Positions 17,586 to 27,006 of a stretch of 51,425 nt of DNA are shown here, one piece after another. The stretch is from contig DASUBP010000032.1 of assembly GCA_035763205.1 (NCBI GenBank), forward strand, positions 1 to 51,425. Reading direction: 5' to 3'. Below the pieces are notes generated by a model. That model did no database searches. It was not told where the DNA came from and saw nothing but the letters and a program-made list of their open reading frames with translations. This stretch comes from Gemmatimonadales bacterium. Lineage in GTDB: Bacteria > Gemmatimonadota > Gemmatimonadetes > Gemmatimonadales > GWC2-71-9. The first letter of the stretch is position 1, and each line of letters opens with the position of its first letter. Both the position numbers and the translations under genes were made by a program.

Positions 17586-19568
17586 GTGACCTTCCTTCCC
17601 TTTCTACTCTTCAGCCTGCAGGACCCCCTCGTCGCCAAGGCCGAGTCGCTTCTGGCGCGCCACGACCTGAGGGGAGCACGGAGAATCGCCGAGACCTTGG
17701 TCCGCCATCATCCGGACGACCCCTCCGCTCACATGCTGCTGGGGAGGGTCTGGCTCGAATGGCCCGTCATTGGCCGGTACCAGGCGCTCGACGAATTCCG
17801 GGCGGCCCAGCGGCTCGCACCGCAGGACCCGGAGCCCTGGTACTGGCAGACCCGCGTCGGACTCCGGCTCGGAGACGATGAGGGAGAGGTCATGGTGCGG
17901 GAGGCCGTGCTCCGCATCCTGGCGATCGATCCCGAGTACCGTGACGCCTGGGACCTGTTTTCGGTGGTCTTCCACGACGCCGGTATCTGGCGCCGCGCGG
18001 ACGAAGCCCTGGCGCGCCATCCGGACGACCCGCGGGCGGTCGAACACCGCGCCGGTGTCGCCATCGCGCGGGACGATTTCGCGCTCGCGGACTCGCTTGC
18101 GGGTGCGGTGCTCGGGCGGCGGCGGCCCTACGTCCCCGGCTACCTGCTCCGAGCCGAAGCGGATTTTGGAGTGGGCTGGGACAGCGCCGGGTATGCCTGG
18201 TACGACTCCGCGGTGGCTCACGCCGACATCGATTCGACCGGTGCGATGTGGGATGAAGTCTGGATGATCGCGAGCCCCGCGGAGGCCGCTCGACACGATT
18301 CGACACCGCCGGGAGAGCGGCGGCGCTTCTTCACTTGGTTCTGGGACAAGCGCGACCCGAACCTCGTGACCCCTGTCAACGAGCGCATCGCGGAGCACTT
18401 CCGCCGGCTGGTGTACGCGCGGCGGGCGTTTCACATCCTGCACCCCTACAGCTACTACCACCGGTCGGCGACCTGGCGCACGCTGATCGACCATGACGAG
18501 CGCGATTCGCTGATGCGGCTCCTCCAGGCCGCGCCGGGGCTCGCGCCGCCGGGCGGGATGGACAGCCTTTTCCTCGCGACGGGGATGGGTCCGGCGCGCG
18601 AGACGGTCGGGGACACAGCCGGGAGCGAAACCATCTATCTCAAGGCCCAGCTCGACGCCCGGGGCATCCTTTGGATCCGTCACGGTCGGCCGGACATCTG
18701 GGCGGGTGGCATGCTGGAGCCCGGGCAGGGCCGCATCGGCTCCCCGTTGGAGTTCTCTTCCTGGGAATACGACACCCCCGACGGAATTCTCACCATCGGC
18801 TTGCGGGACTTCCGGGGCGGAGGCGTCGTCCTGTATCCCGTGACGAGCCGTCAGTTTGAGAGTGCGCAATCACTGCTCGCCACGGACAACACGTCGATCC
18901 CCGCGCCGTTGGTAGCGGACGGATGGTCGGCGTTCTTCAAGGCCGGGGACTTCGGCCTGACGGATGTGTACTTCCGCGCCGCGCCTGAGACCGCCGCCGT
19001 CGCGCTCTGGGAGGACGGAGAGCCCATCGCCCGGGCTCGAGGACCCGGACTCATGCAGCTGACGGTCCCCCCGGGCGACTACGATCGCGGCTTCGACGTC
19101 GACTCGGCGGGCGTGCTCGGCCGGAGCCGGGGTCAGATCAAGATCCCGGCGTACTCACAGGTTCAACTCGGTCTCTCGAGTCTCCTGTTGACGCCGGGAG
19201 ACACGGTGCCTGACCGCGAAGCGATGCTCGAGGGGATGCCCGCCGATCTGACGTATTCGGGCGTGCGCGCGCTCGCCGCGTACACCGAGGTGTACGGCCT
19301 GGCGCGTGACAAGGGCGGCATGAGCCGGTACACGGCGCGGTACACGTTCGCACCGGAGCGAGGACTCGCCGCCAGACTCCTCGGGAACGACAAGCCGGTG
19401 GTGTTCGAGTTCGAACGGTCGGTCATCGCGAACGCCGTCACGCCGGAGCGCCTGGTGATCGCGCCGGGTTTGCTCGCGCCGGGACGCTATCGCGTGACGC
19501 TGGCGGTGACCGACGTCTTGCGGAATGTCAAGTCGCAGACCGTCGCCCTCTCGGTCACCGTCCGGTAG
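17586..19568 (+). CDS. TPR- and GWxTD-like domain protein
   Basis: 660 aa. N-terminal TPR-like helices. FFTWFWDKRDPNLVTPVNERIAEHFRRLVYARRAF and RGILWIRHGRPD resemble the GWxTD-domain family. GTG start. Confidence 0.65.
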   Translation: MTFLPFLLFSLQDPLVAKAESLLARHDLRGARRIAETLVRHHPDDPSAHMLLGRVWLEWPVIGRYQALDEFRAAQRLAPQDPEPWYWQTRVGLRLGDDEGEVMVREAVLRILAIDPEYRDAWDLFSVVFHDAGIWRRADEALARHPDDPRAVEHRAGVAIARDDFALADSLAGAVLGRRRPYVPGYLLRAEADFGVGWDSAGYAWYDSAVAHADIDSTGAMWDEVWMIASPAEAARHDSTPPGERRRFFTWFWDKRDPNLVTPVNERIAEHFRRLVYARRAFHILHPYSYYHRSATWRTLIDHDERDSLMRLLQAAPGLAPPGGMDSLFLATGMGPARETVGDTAGSETIYLKAQLDARGILWIRHGRPDIWAGGMLEPGQGRIGSPLEFSSWEYDTPDGILTIGLRDFRGGGVVLYPVTSRQFESAQSLLATDNTSIPAPLVADGWSAFFKAGDFGLTDVYFRAAPETAAVALWEDGEPIARARGPGLMQLTVPPGDYDRGFDVDSAGVLGRSRGQIKIPAYSQVQLGLSSLLLTPGDTVPDREAMLEGMPADLTYSGVRALAAYTEVYGLARDKGGMSRYTARYTFAPERGLAARLLGNDKPVVFEFERSVIANAVTPERLVIAPGLLAPGRYRVTLAVTDVLRNVKSQTVALSVTVR

Positions 19569-19629
19569 GTGTCTCTTGTCTCCCTGAAAGGGGCTTCCCA
19601 AATTGGGGCGGCTCAGCGCGCGCCCCTAC

Positions 19630-20574
19630 ATGCTCGTAAACCTGATACCTGAATTTCTCGCTGCCGTCGCTGCGCCCGATCCCCGGGGCGCGTACCACGA
19701 GTACCTCGAACGTCATCGTCCCATTCTTCGCAGCTATTGGTCCAACTACGTCCTGGATCCCGACTCCAAGGCGGCTGACGACGTCATCCTCAGCGTCCTG
19801 CGGGCGGATCGGGCGGATCTGCTGCGGCTCATGCAGGACATCGACGTGGTCCAGATCGCCGAGGATGCGCTCAGGCGCACGCTGGAGACGCTCGAAGCCG
19901 ATTGCCCCGTCGACCTGTATCTGACGGTGGGAGTGGGCGCCGCGAACGCTGGCGAGCTGGTGGTGGGGGGCCGGGGCATCGCGTTTGTGTGCCTCGAGCA
20001 CTTCACGGGCCGGGCGAACCCCCAGACCTCGGGGCTGGGCCTGGCGCCTCACCTCCTGCCCCTCTGGATCGCTCACGAGGTCGCCCACGCCATCCGTTAC
20101 ACGTCTCCCTCCAGCCGGGCCGCCCTGAGGCGCCTGGTCGCGGAAATGGGTGGCAACTACGACTATTGGGACACCGGGAGCCGGGCCCCCCTCTACGAGC
20201 ACCTCGTGAACGAGGGGGTGGCCGTAGCCGCCTCGCAGGCCGTCACGCCGGGGTTCGAGCCCTGGCAGTACTTCGGCTACACCAGGCGCCAGTACCGGCG
20301 GCTCCGCGAGCTGGATGCATTTCTTCGCCGCGCCTCGGCCCCGGAGCTGGATCAGTCGGGGCTGGGCCTCAGGCTCCGGTATCTCTCCGGAGGCATGAGT
20401 CCGACGGCCCGGCTGGTGATGGGCAAGGTCCTGCCGGAGCGTGCGGGCTACTACCTGGGCGCCCGGATGGTGGAGTCGTACGTTGGCGAAGTGGGGATTG
20501 CGTCGGCGGTGCGGGCGGCAGCCTCGGAATTCCGGGCAGCCGGTGAGCGGGCCATGGGGGCACAAACGGCGTGA
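19630..20574 (+). CDS. DUF2268-like putative zinc metallopeptidase (HExxH)
   Basis: HEVAH motif in LWIAHEVAHAIRY, soluble, about 315 aa. TTG 19603 is an alternative start. Confidence 0.6.
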   Translation: MLVNLIPEFLAAVAAPDPRGAYHEYLERHRPILRSYWSNYVLDPDSKAADDVILSVLRADRADLLRLMQDIDVVQIAEDALRRTLETLEADCPVDLYLTVGVGAANAGELVVGGRGIAFVCLEHFTGRANPQTSGLGLAPHLLPLWIAHEVAHAIRYTSPSSRAALRRLVAEMGGNYDYWDTGSRAPLYEHLVNEGVAVAASQAVTPGFEPWQYFGYTRRQYRRLRELDAFLRRASAPELDQSGLGLRLRYLSGGMSPTARLVMGKVLPERAGYYLGARMVESYVGEVGIASAVRAAASEFRAAGERAMGAQTA

Positions 20575-20780
20575 GCGCCAAGCGGGTGACCCAGGAGCGT
20601 CGCTCGAACAGGCCTCTGCGCGAGGTCTTGGACGAGCTGATCAACCACACCCGGGAGATTGCCCGGCGCGCCAAGGAAATGAAGCCGGACGAGCTCGACT
20701 ACGCCCAGCAGCGTCTGGAATGGCTCGCGGACGAGGTATGGCGGGTAGCCACGGGACAGGAGGCACCGCCCGAGGCATAA
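20571..20780 (+). CDS. hypothetical small helical protein
   Basis: 69 aa with a GTGA overlap with the upstream stop. The sequence is charged and helical-looking, and I recognise no family. Confidence 0.4.
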   Translation: MSAKRVTQERRSNRPLREVLDELINHTREIARRAKEMKPDELDYAQQRLEWLADEVWRVATGQEAPPEA

Positions 20781-20786
20781 TTAAGC

Positions 20787-21299
20787 ATGAGCCCAGACGG
20801 TACCTACCGCATCACGGTCGCCAAGGAGGATCTCAACTTCGCGGCCGCCCACTTCATCACCTTCGCCGGACATCGCTGCGAGACCCTGCACGGGCACAAC
20901 TACCGCGCGGCGGTCCTCCTCGATGGGAAGCTCGACCAGGAAAGCTGGTACGTCGTCGACTTCTCGGCGGTGAAGAAGATCATGCGCCGCCTGACCGGCG
21001 AGCTCGATCACAAGGTCTTGCTGCCTCTCGAGAATCCTCGGCTCCAGGTGACGTCGAAGGATGGCTCGGTGCACGTGGCCTACGAGAGCAAGCCGCGCTA
21101 CGTATTCCCCGAGAAGGACTGTGTTCTGCTGCCGATTCCCAACACCACGGTCGAGATGCTCGCCACGTTGCTCGCGAAGAAGCTGGCCAAGGAGTTGGGC
21201 GAAGCGGGTGCCAAGACCATCACAGCCTTGGAGCTCGAGGTTGAGGAGAACTTCGGACAGTCGGCGACATATCGGATGATTGTCCAGGAGGACTTGTGA
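20787..21299 (+). CDS. 6-pyruvoyl-tetrahydropterin / 6-carboxytetrahydropterin synthase family protein
   Basis: FAAAHFITFAGHRCETLHGHNYRA contains the C-x3-HGH zinc/catalytic motif of the PTPS/QueD family. Confidence 0.85.
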   Translation: MSPDGTYRITVAKEDLNFAAAHFITFAGHRCETLHGHNYRAAVLLDGKLDQESWYVVDFSAVKKIMRRLTGELDHKVLLPLENPRLQVTSKDGSVHVAYESKPRYVFPEKDCVLLPIPNTTVEMLATLLAKKLAKELGEAGAKTITALELEVEENFGQSATYRMIVQEDL

Positions 21300-21646
21300 C
21301 GAAAGAGACTGCGCTCACCGATGCTCAAATCAGCGACAAGCTCAGGTCGCTGCCCGGCTGGAAATACGAATCAGGCGCCATTCGACGCCAGTACAAGACC
21401 GATGGCTGGCCCACGACCTTGATGCTGGTGAACGCGATCGGCTTCTACGCCGAATCGGCCGATCATCATCCGGACCTGGGCGTGCATTGGGGGAGTGTGG
21501 AGGTGGCGTTGAACACCCACTCCGCGGGTGGAATTACCGACAAGGACTTCGAGCTGGCGAAACTCTTCGAGCAGTGCGCCCTCTGGCGTCCCCCGGCGGG
21601 CAGTGCGTTCCGGGGGACGCCGAAGAAGTTCGTCTCAGGGAGCTGA
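21296..21646 (+). CDS. 4a-hydroxytetrahydrobiopterin (pterin-4a-carbinolamine) dehydratase
   Basis: 116 aa. LPGWKYE...ADHHPDL...V.V.L.THSAGGITDKD is a PCD signature. GTGA overlap with the PTPS gene. Confidence 0.9.
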   Translation: MTKETALTDAQISDKLRSLPGWKYESGAIRRQYKTDGWPTTLMLVNAIGFYAESADHHPDLGVHWGSVEVALNTHSAGGITDKDFELAKLFEQCALWRPPAGSAFRGTPKKFVSGS

Positions 21647-22273
21647 GTCGGAGCTTCCGTCGGACCACCGCACCACCGGGATGACGAAAACCGTCACGCG
21701 GGAGTTGGGGGAGTCGTTGACCACCGTCGGCGAATGCTCGACGTTCGCGCCCAGGGACGCTGCCGACATGTGCGGCATGAAGACCATGACGTGGGGGTGC
21801 CAGGGTCCCTTCACGTCGTCGCCGAGGTATCCGTCTTTCGACAGCATGTAGGCCATCGCTCCACTTGCCAGCTTCAGCGGCGGCTTCGCCGCCTCCATCT
21901 TCGCTTCAGTCATACCGGAAAGCGCCTGCCTGGTCCGGGCGAGGTAATCAGCCAGGACCGACTGGGCACCCAGCGCGTTGTAGCAGAAGGGCGAGCGGAC
22001 CTTGGGGTTCCAGAAGTCCGGACTTCCGTAGTCGGCGGCCCATCCCCGCTCCACCACACACACGAATCCGTTCGTCCCCTTCAAAGCTGACTCGTACCCT
22101 GCCGTCCCCATGACCAGGACGTCGGCGGCGTCCGAGATCGCTGATGGCGCGGCCGACTTCGCCAGCGCGATCTCAGCGGCCCGGTCCATCCGGTACTGTT
22201 CCACGGGAGCCATGCCTTGAGCATGAACCAGGGCGAACGGGATCACCGACAGTGCTGCGAACACGCGTTTCAT
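21635..22273 (-). CDS. secreted hypothetical protein
   Basis: The ATG at 22273 forms an ATGA overlap with the upstream SRPBCC gene. Signal peptide MKRVFAALSVIPFALVHAQG. No family recognised. Confidence 0.6.
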   Translation of the reverse strand: MKRVFAALSVIPFALVHAQGMAPVEQYRMDRAAEIALAKSAAPSAISDAADVLVMGTAGYESALKGTNGFVCVVERGWAADYGSPDFWNPKVRSPFCYNALGAQSVLADYLARTRQALSGMTEAKMEAAKPPLKLASGAMAYMLSKDGYLGDDVKGPWHPHVMVFMPHMSAASLGANVEHSPTVVNDSPNSRVTVFVIPVVRWSDGSSDSAP

Positions 22274-22722
22274 GAGCCTGCCTCCGATGTAGTGTAGGTC
22301 TCGATCAGCTTGCTCAACGCACCATTCCAGCCTTCGCCGTGGCTTCGCGCCCCGGCATCTTCCCCAAGTTCCGCGTGAATCAGCGTCAGCTCGGTGCCGT
22401 CGACGATCGGTCGGAGACGCAGCTCGAGCCGGGACGAACGGCCCCGCTCCGTCGGCTCCCCACCCATGGTCCACTGCCAGCTCATGGTGATCAGCTCGGG
22501 CCTCCTGATCTCCAGGAACCGGCCGGTGCACTCGTGAACCGATCCGTCAGAGGTCGGAAACCGGACCTGGAAGGTCCCGCCCACGCGCACGTCCGCCTCG
22601 GCCGAAAGGAGCGGCAGGTCTTCGGGTCCCCACCAGGACGTCAGGCCTTCAACGGTTGAGAACGCATCGAACACGGTCGCGGGGCGGGCCTTGATCCGGC
22701 GCACCAGGGTGACACTCGCCAT
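22270..22722 (-). CDS. SRPBCC / AHSA1-family protein
   Basis: 150 aa. ATVFDAFSTVEGLTSWWGP is typical of Aha1-like SRPBCC proteins, and pairing with an ArsR regulator is typical of this family. Confidence 0.8.
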   Translation of the reverse strand: MASVTLVRRIKARPATVFDAFSTVEGLTSWWGPEDLPLLSAEADVRVGGTFQVRFPTSDGSVHECTGRFLEIRRPELITMSWQWTMGGEPTERGRSSRLELRLRPIVDGTELTLIHAELGEDAGARSHGEGWNGALSKLIETYTTSEAGS

Positions 22723-23057
22723 CAGCGCTTTTCCTTCGCCTCAGCGTAGGCCTGGAGTCGGTCGAGGCGCGGAGTCCAGAAGCGTTGATACCGGTGGAGC
22801 CAGTTCTTCGCTTCTCGAAGCGGCATCGAGGAAAGCCGCACCGTGACGGTCCGGCTTTCCTTGAATCGCCGGATCAGGCTGGCATTCGCCAGGACGTCGA
22901 GGTGTTTCATCAGGGCCGGCAGCTTGATGACCAGGAACTGCGACAACTCACTGACCGTGCAGCCATCCACCCGCTCCAGGCGGGTGAGGATCGCACGGCG
23001 CGTGGGGTGGCTGAGCGCCGCGAAGGTGCTGTCCAGTGAGGAATGATACTTTACCAT
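22722..23057 (-). CDS. ArsR/SmtB family transcriptional regulator
   Basis: 111 aa. FAALSHPTRRAILTRLERVDGCTVSELSQFLVIKLPALMKHLDVLANASLI is a winged HTH. Confidence 0.88.
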   Translation of the reverse strand: MVKYHSSLDSTFAALSHPTRRAILTRLERVDGCTVSELSQFLVIKLPALMKHLDVLANASLIRRFKESRTVTVRLSSMPLREAKNWLHRYQRFWTPRLDRLQAYAEAKEKR

Positions 23058-23142
23058 GTGGTGAAGTATTATCGGAACAAGAACCCGGTCAAGGTGGGAC
23101 CGGGCCGACCGCGCCGAGTCGCGTTAAAGGGGCGCCGAGTAG

Positions 23143-24456
23143 CTACTTCCCCACGCAGAAGCTCGAGAAGACCCGGTCCAGAACGTGGTCCGGGGTGACT
23201 GCTCCAATGAGCGAGTCGAGCGCTCCCGTTGCCGCTCGCAAGTGGGTGGCCGCCGCGACCGCTTCCACTCCGCTTTCTCTCGATTCCTTGAAGAGGTCGA
23301 GCTCTTTGAGGGCAGTCTCGAGGGCCTGGCGGTGGCGGGCCCGCGTGACCACGGGCTCCACGTCCCCCAGCGCGATGAGCTTGCTGAATGCGACCTCCGC
23401 GAGCCGCGCCTTCAATTCCTTCATCCCGGACCCGGTCACGGCAGAGACACTAAGAGGCGAAGAGGCCAAGGGGCCGAGATCTGCCTTGGTCCGGACCGCG
23501 ATGACTGGGGCTCTCGTACCTAGCGCCTTCGCCTCTTGGCCTCTTTCATCACAGTACAGCACCACATCCGCTGCCTCGAGGTACCTCTTGCTCACCTCGA
23601 TTCCCATCTTCTCGATGCGGTCCTGAGAGTCTCGCAGTCCTGCAGTATCGACCAGCCTGAACGGGAATCCGGCGATGACGGCGGGTGCCTCGATGGCGTC
23701 CCGGGTAGTGCCGGGAATCTCCGTGACAATGGCGCGTTCCGAGCCCAGCAGGGCGTTGAAAAGCGTGGACTTGCCGGCGTTCGGAGGCCCCGCAATCACC
23801 AGCAGTGCTCCCTCGCGAAGTCGCTCCCCTTCCGCCGCCGTCCCCAAGAGCGCGGCCACCCGCGCCCGCACACCCTCCCAGGTTTTCATGACCCGCTCCG
23901 GCGCGACCGGGCCGTCATCCTCTTCCGGAAAGTCGATCTCGTACGCGGTGAGTCCCTCGAGCTCCAGAATCTCCGAACGCAGAGCGTCGAGCCGCTTGGA
24001 CAGACTCTGATCGAGCTGAGCGAGCGCCCGTCGCCTCTGTGCCGGCGCGCTCGCATCGATGAGATCCGCGGTCGCTTCGGCCTGGAGCAGATCCATCTTG
24101 CCATTCAGTACCGCCCGCCTGGTGAACTCCCCCGGCTCGGCCGGCCGGGCTCCGGCTGCCGCGAGAGCAGCCATCGCCTCGGCAGGCGCCAGCAAGCCTC
24201 CATGGGTCGAGATCTCGACCAGATCTTCGCCGGTGTAGGAATTGGGGGCTGGAAACAGGGCGGCGAGCACATCGTCTACTGGAACACCGGCCGGGGTCGC
24301 CAACCGCGCGCGAAAGACCGTCCGGGGAGGATCATCACGCCAGGGAGATAGGCACCTCTCGGCAATCGCAAATGCGCCCCGGCCCGAGAGCCTGAGGAGA
24401 GCCACCGCCGATCGTCCCGGCGGTGTGGCCAGCGCGACGATCGGATCCGAAAGCAT
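23143..24456 (-). CDS. mnmE: tRNA modification GTPase MnmE
   Basis: 437 aa. G1 motif GPPNAGKSTLFNAL and the C-terminal FCVGK motif. It has the conserved position next to yidC. Confidence 0.95.
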   Translation of the reverse strand: MLSDPIVALATPPGRSAVALLRLSGRGAFAIAERCLSPWRDDPPRTVFRARLATPAGVPVDDVLAALFPAPNSYTGEDLVEISTHGGLLAPAEAMAALAAAGARPAEPGEFTRRAVLNGKMDLLQAEATADLIDASAPAQRRRALAQLDQSLSKRLDALRSEILELEGLTAYEIDFPEEDDGPVAPERVMKTWEGVRARVAALLGTAAEGERLREGALLVIAGPPNAGKSTLFNALLGSERAIVTEIPGTTRDAIEAPAVIAGFPFRLVDTAGLRDSQDRIEKMGIEVSKRYLEAADVVLYCDERGQEAKALGTRAPVIAVRTKADLGPLASSPLSVSAVTGSGMKELKARLAEVAFSKLIALGDVEPVVTRARHRQALETALKELDLFKESRESGVEAVAAATHLRAATGALDSLIGAVTPDHVLDRVFSSFCVGK

Positions 24457-24466
24457 CAGCCGATCG

Positions 24467-26170
24467 TCAGGTCGCCCCGGCGCGTTTGCCCTGGTCCTTC
24501 AGCCGTTTTTGCGAAAGCATCCACTGCTGCGGCAGGCTGAAGAGGTTCGACACCAGGTAATACAGGTTCAATCCCGACGACAGCCGCAGGAAGATGAACG
24601 TCATCATGGCCGGCATCATGTACAGCATCGTCGCGGTCTGCGGATTGGCCGGCATGCCTCGCTGGCCGATCTTGGACAGCGCGAACATCGACAGCCCCAT
24701 GACGATCGGCAGAATGAAGTAGGGATCGAAGCGCGACAGGTCGGGGAGCCACAGGAACGAAGAGCCCCGCAGCTCGATCATGTACTGGAACACGAAGTAC
24801 AGTGCCAGCAGCATCGGATACGGAATCAGCATCGGCAGACAACCGCCGAGCGGGTTGACGTTGTGCTCCTTGTAGATCTTGAGCGTTTCCTTCTGTTGCC
24901 GCTCCGGGTCATTCTTGTACTTGGTCTGGACTTCCTTGAGCAGCGGGGCCACCGCCTGCATTCGCATCTGGGACGCCATGGCCTTCTGGTTCAAGGGCCA
25001 GAGCACCAGGCGGACCAGGACGCCGAAGGCGATCAACAGCCAGCCGTACGCCACCCCCAGGGACTCGTGTCCCGCGAGCAGGATGTTCGTGACCAGGATG
25101 GAGACCCACCGGATGATGGGCCGGAAAATGGCCCACCCATACGGATTGGCATCATCCATGTCATGCCCGATCGCCGCGAGACGCCGGTGTTCGAGGGGTC
25201 CCAGAAAGACGCTGTACTGGAAATCCCCGGCCGGAGGGACCGGCAACGTGAGCGAGACGCTCATCTCCGTCGCGATTCCCGACTTCCCGCCGAAGAACCC
25301 TTTGGCGCTGTCCGGCCTGGGGCCTCCCACGGCCACCACGCCGGCGAACTGAGCCTCGCCCGGCTCGGTCGCGAGCGCCCCCACCAGGAAGTATTTCGAC
25401 TTGATGCCCGCCCACTCGAAAGGCCCGTCGAACACGCTCCGCTCGCCCTCGGTCACCGACGAGAAGGCGTGCTTCTCGGTCTTCGAAGACTTGGTGACGA
25501 GCGCGTAGTCACGGAACGAGCCGCTCGAGTCGGCTTCCGAGTTGCGCAGCCCATCTCCCAGACTCACGAGCATCTGGGCGCCGGAAGGCCCGAGCCCGGT
25601 CACCCGCCCTCTCACGCCGACGCGGTAGTCGTCGGGGTGGAAGGTATACGCGATGGTGATGGTCGAAGGACCGCGAGTGGCGGTGAGGGTCAGCGTCGCC
25701 GGATCTCCGGCAACGCTCATCACGCGGGTGGACGGCGCAAAGGAGAGGTCAGTCAGATCCAGGGTGTCTGAGCCGATGGCGATGCGGCGCCCCAGAATTG
25801 GTCTGCCGGCCGGGACGAGCTCGACCTGACGACCCGAGTCGCCCGCGGCATATGACTTGTACTGGCTCAAGCGCGCGGAAACGATGGTCCCACCCCGCGT
25901 GCTGACGCCGACCTTCAAGAGCGGAGTCGTCACCCACACGGTGTCAGCGGGCGCAGACAGACGGCTAGACGGCTTGACGGCCAGCTGGTTCGGAGGAGCG
26001 CCGGCCCTGGAGGAGTCCAGGCGGCTCGAATCGACGACCGCGGCAGCCTGGGACAAAGTGTCCGTCTGGCCGTCTACCCGTTTAGGTGTCGGCTTCGGGG
26101 GCCAAATGAGACTCGGAACGATGATGACCAGCGCAAAGCACACCAGAGCGATGAAGACGCGTCGGTCCAC
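24467..26170 (-). CDS. yidC: membrane protein insertase YidC
   Basis: 567 aa. N-terminal TM, a large periplasmic domain, and the C-terminal 60-kDa insertase core (NPLGGCLPMLIPYPMLLALY). Confidence 0.95.
   Translation of the reverse strand: MDRRVFIALVCFALVIIVPSLIWPPKPTPKRVDGQTDTLSQAAAVVDSSRLDSSRAGAPPNQLAVKPSSRLSAPADTVWVTTPLLKVGVSTRGGTIVSARLSQYKSYAAGDSGRQVELVPAGRPILGRRIAIGSDTLDLTDLSFAPSTRVMSVAGDPATLTLTATRGPSTITIAYTFHPDDYRVGVRGRVTGLGPSGAQMLVSLGDGLRNSEADSSGSFRDYALVTKSSKTEKHAFSSVTEGERSVFDGPFEWAGIKSKYFLVGALATEPGEAQFAGVVAVGGPRPDSAKGFFGGKSGIATEMSVSLTLPVPPAGDFQYSVFLGPLEHRRLAAIGHDMDDANPYGWAIFRPIIRWVSILVTNILLAGHESLGVAYGWLLIAFGVLVRLVLWPLNQKAMASQMRMQAVAPLLKEVQTKYKNDPERQQKETLKIYKEHNVNPLGGCLPMLIPYPMLLALYFVFQYMIELRGSSFLWLPDLSRFDPYFILPIVMGLSMFALSKIGQRGMPANPQTATMLYMMPAMMTFIFLRLSSGLNLYYLVSNLFSLPQQWMLSQKRLKDQGKRAGAT
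25957..26085. repeat. second copy of the 8-nt-unit inverted-array element, inside the yidC coding region
   Basis: ACAGACGG CTAGACGG CTTGACGG (25957-25980) faces CCGTCTGG CCGTCTAC CCGTTTAG (26062-26085). The first 16 nt are identical to 10121-10136. Confidence 0.75.
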
Positions 26171-26194
26171 AGATATTCCTTCGACCAGGTCGCC

Positions 26195-26422
26195 TTACGG
26201 CACCGGGTCGTACCCACCGGGATGAAAGGGATGACACCGCGCCACGCGGCGAATCCCTAGCCAAGACCCCTTCAGAGCACCGTACCGCTCCACAGCCTCA
26301 TAAGTGTAACGGGAGCAGGTCGGGGTGAAGCGACACTGCGTGAACACCAGATGCGACAGCGTCAGCTGATACACCCGGATGAGGCCCATCACGATGAGAC
26401 GGGGTATCTGAAGTACGTTCAC
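26195..26422 (-). CDS. yidD: membrane protein insertion efficiency factor YidD
   Basis: 75 aa. [19 protein letters not shown] and [13 protein letters not shown] motifs. Confidence 0.93.
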   Translation of the reverse strand: MNVLQIPRLIVMGLIRVYQLTLSHLVFTQCRFTPTCSRYTYEAVERYGALKGSWLGIRRVARCHPFHPGGYDPVP

Positions 26423-26847
26423 TTGATCTTCGCGGCTGCCTGGTTCAGTTCGTCCCGCAGCACGGCGAAAGACGCACCGTAGGCTTCACGTCGTGCCCGC
26501 ACCACGAGGTCTACGGGGGGCAGGAGCCGCAGGGTTTCGCGGCGCAGAATCTCGCGAATGCGGCGCCGCAACTGATTGCGCTGCACCGCAGTGCGCTGGT
26601 ACAGGGGAACGATGATGCCGGAGCGGGAACGTGCCGGAAGGGTACGGGGAAGCCACGCGAGCTCGAGATGCGGCAACCGAACGCGTTTGCCTGTGTTCCA
26701 GCAGGCGTGGAGTTCCGGACCGCGCCCCAAGCGCGCGCGGCGCGGATGCCGCTCGCTCGTTACCGACTCCGGTGCTTGGAAGCGATGCGGATCGTGAGAC
26801 GCTTCCGCCCCTTTTTGCGGCGGCGGGACAACACCGCGCGACCCCAC
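26419..26847 (-). CDS. rnpA: ribonuclease P protein component
   Basis: RnpA-like core ([20 protein letters not shown]..., [18 protein letters not shown]). The only ATG/GTG/TTG upstream of the conserved RL motif is GTG 26847, which overlaps rpmH by 88 nt. The start is uncertain (TTG 26730 is the alternative). Confidence 0.8.
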   Translation of the reverse strand: MGSRGVVPPPQKGAEASHDPHRFQAPESVTSERHPRRARLGRGPELHACWNTGKRVRLPHLELAWLPRTLPARSRSGIIVPLYQRTAVQRNQLRRRIREILRRETLRLLPPVDLVVRARREAYGASFAVLRDELNQAAAKIK

Positions 26848-26921
26848 TTGTCCTTCATGCGGGTGCGGAAACCATGCTTATTGATGCGCCGCCGATTTCG
26901 CGGCCGGTATGTCGGACCCAT
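26760..26921 (-). CDS. rpmH: 50S ribosomal protein L34
   Basis: [43 protein letters not shown] matches the L34 consensus. 53 aa. Confidence 0.93.
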   Translation of the reverse strand: MGPTYRPRNRRRINKHGFRTRMKDKWGRAVLSRRRKKGRKRLTIRIASKHRSR

Positions 26922-26977
26922 TGTGACCTCTCGTAAGGGCGCAAAATTTACACGGGGCGCGCGAGCGGGGGCAATGG

Positions 26978-27006
26978 TTGACTTTTCCACATAGCGCCCG
27001 TACTTT
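26978..27006 (+). promoter_or_regulatory. candidate dnaA promoter with overlapping DnaA box
   Basis: TTGACT (26978-26983), a 17-nt spacer and TACTTT (27001-27006). TTTTCCACA (26983-26991) matches the DnaA box TTATCCACA at 8 of 9 positions and sits in the spacer. Confidence 0.35.
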
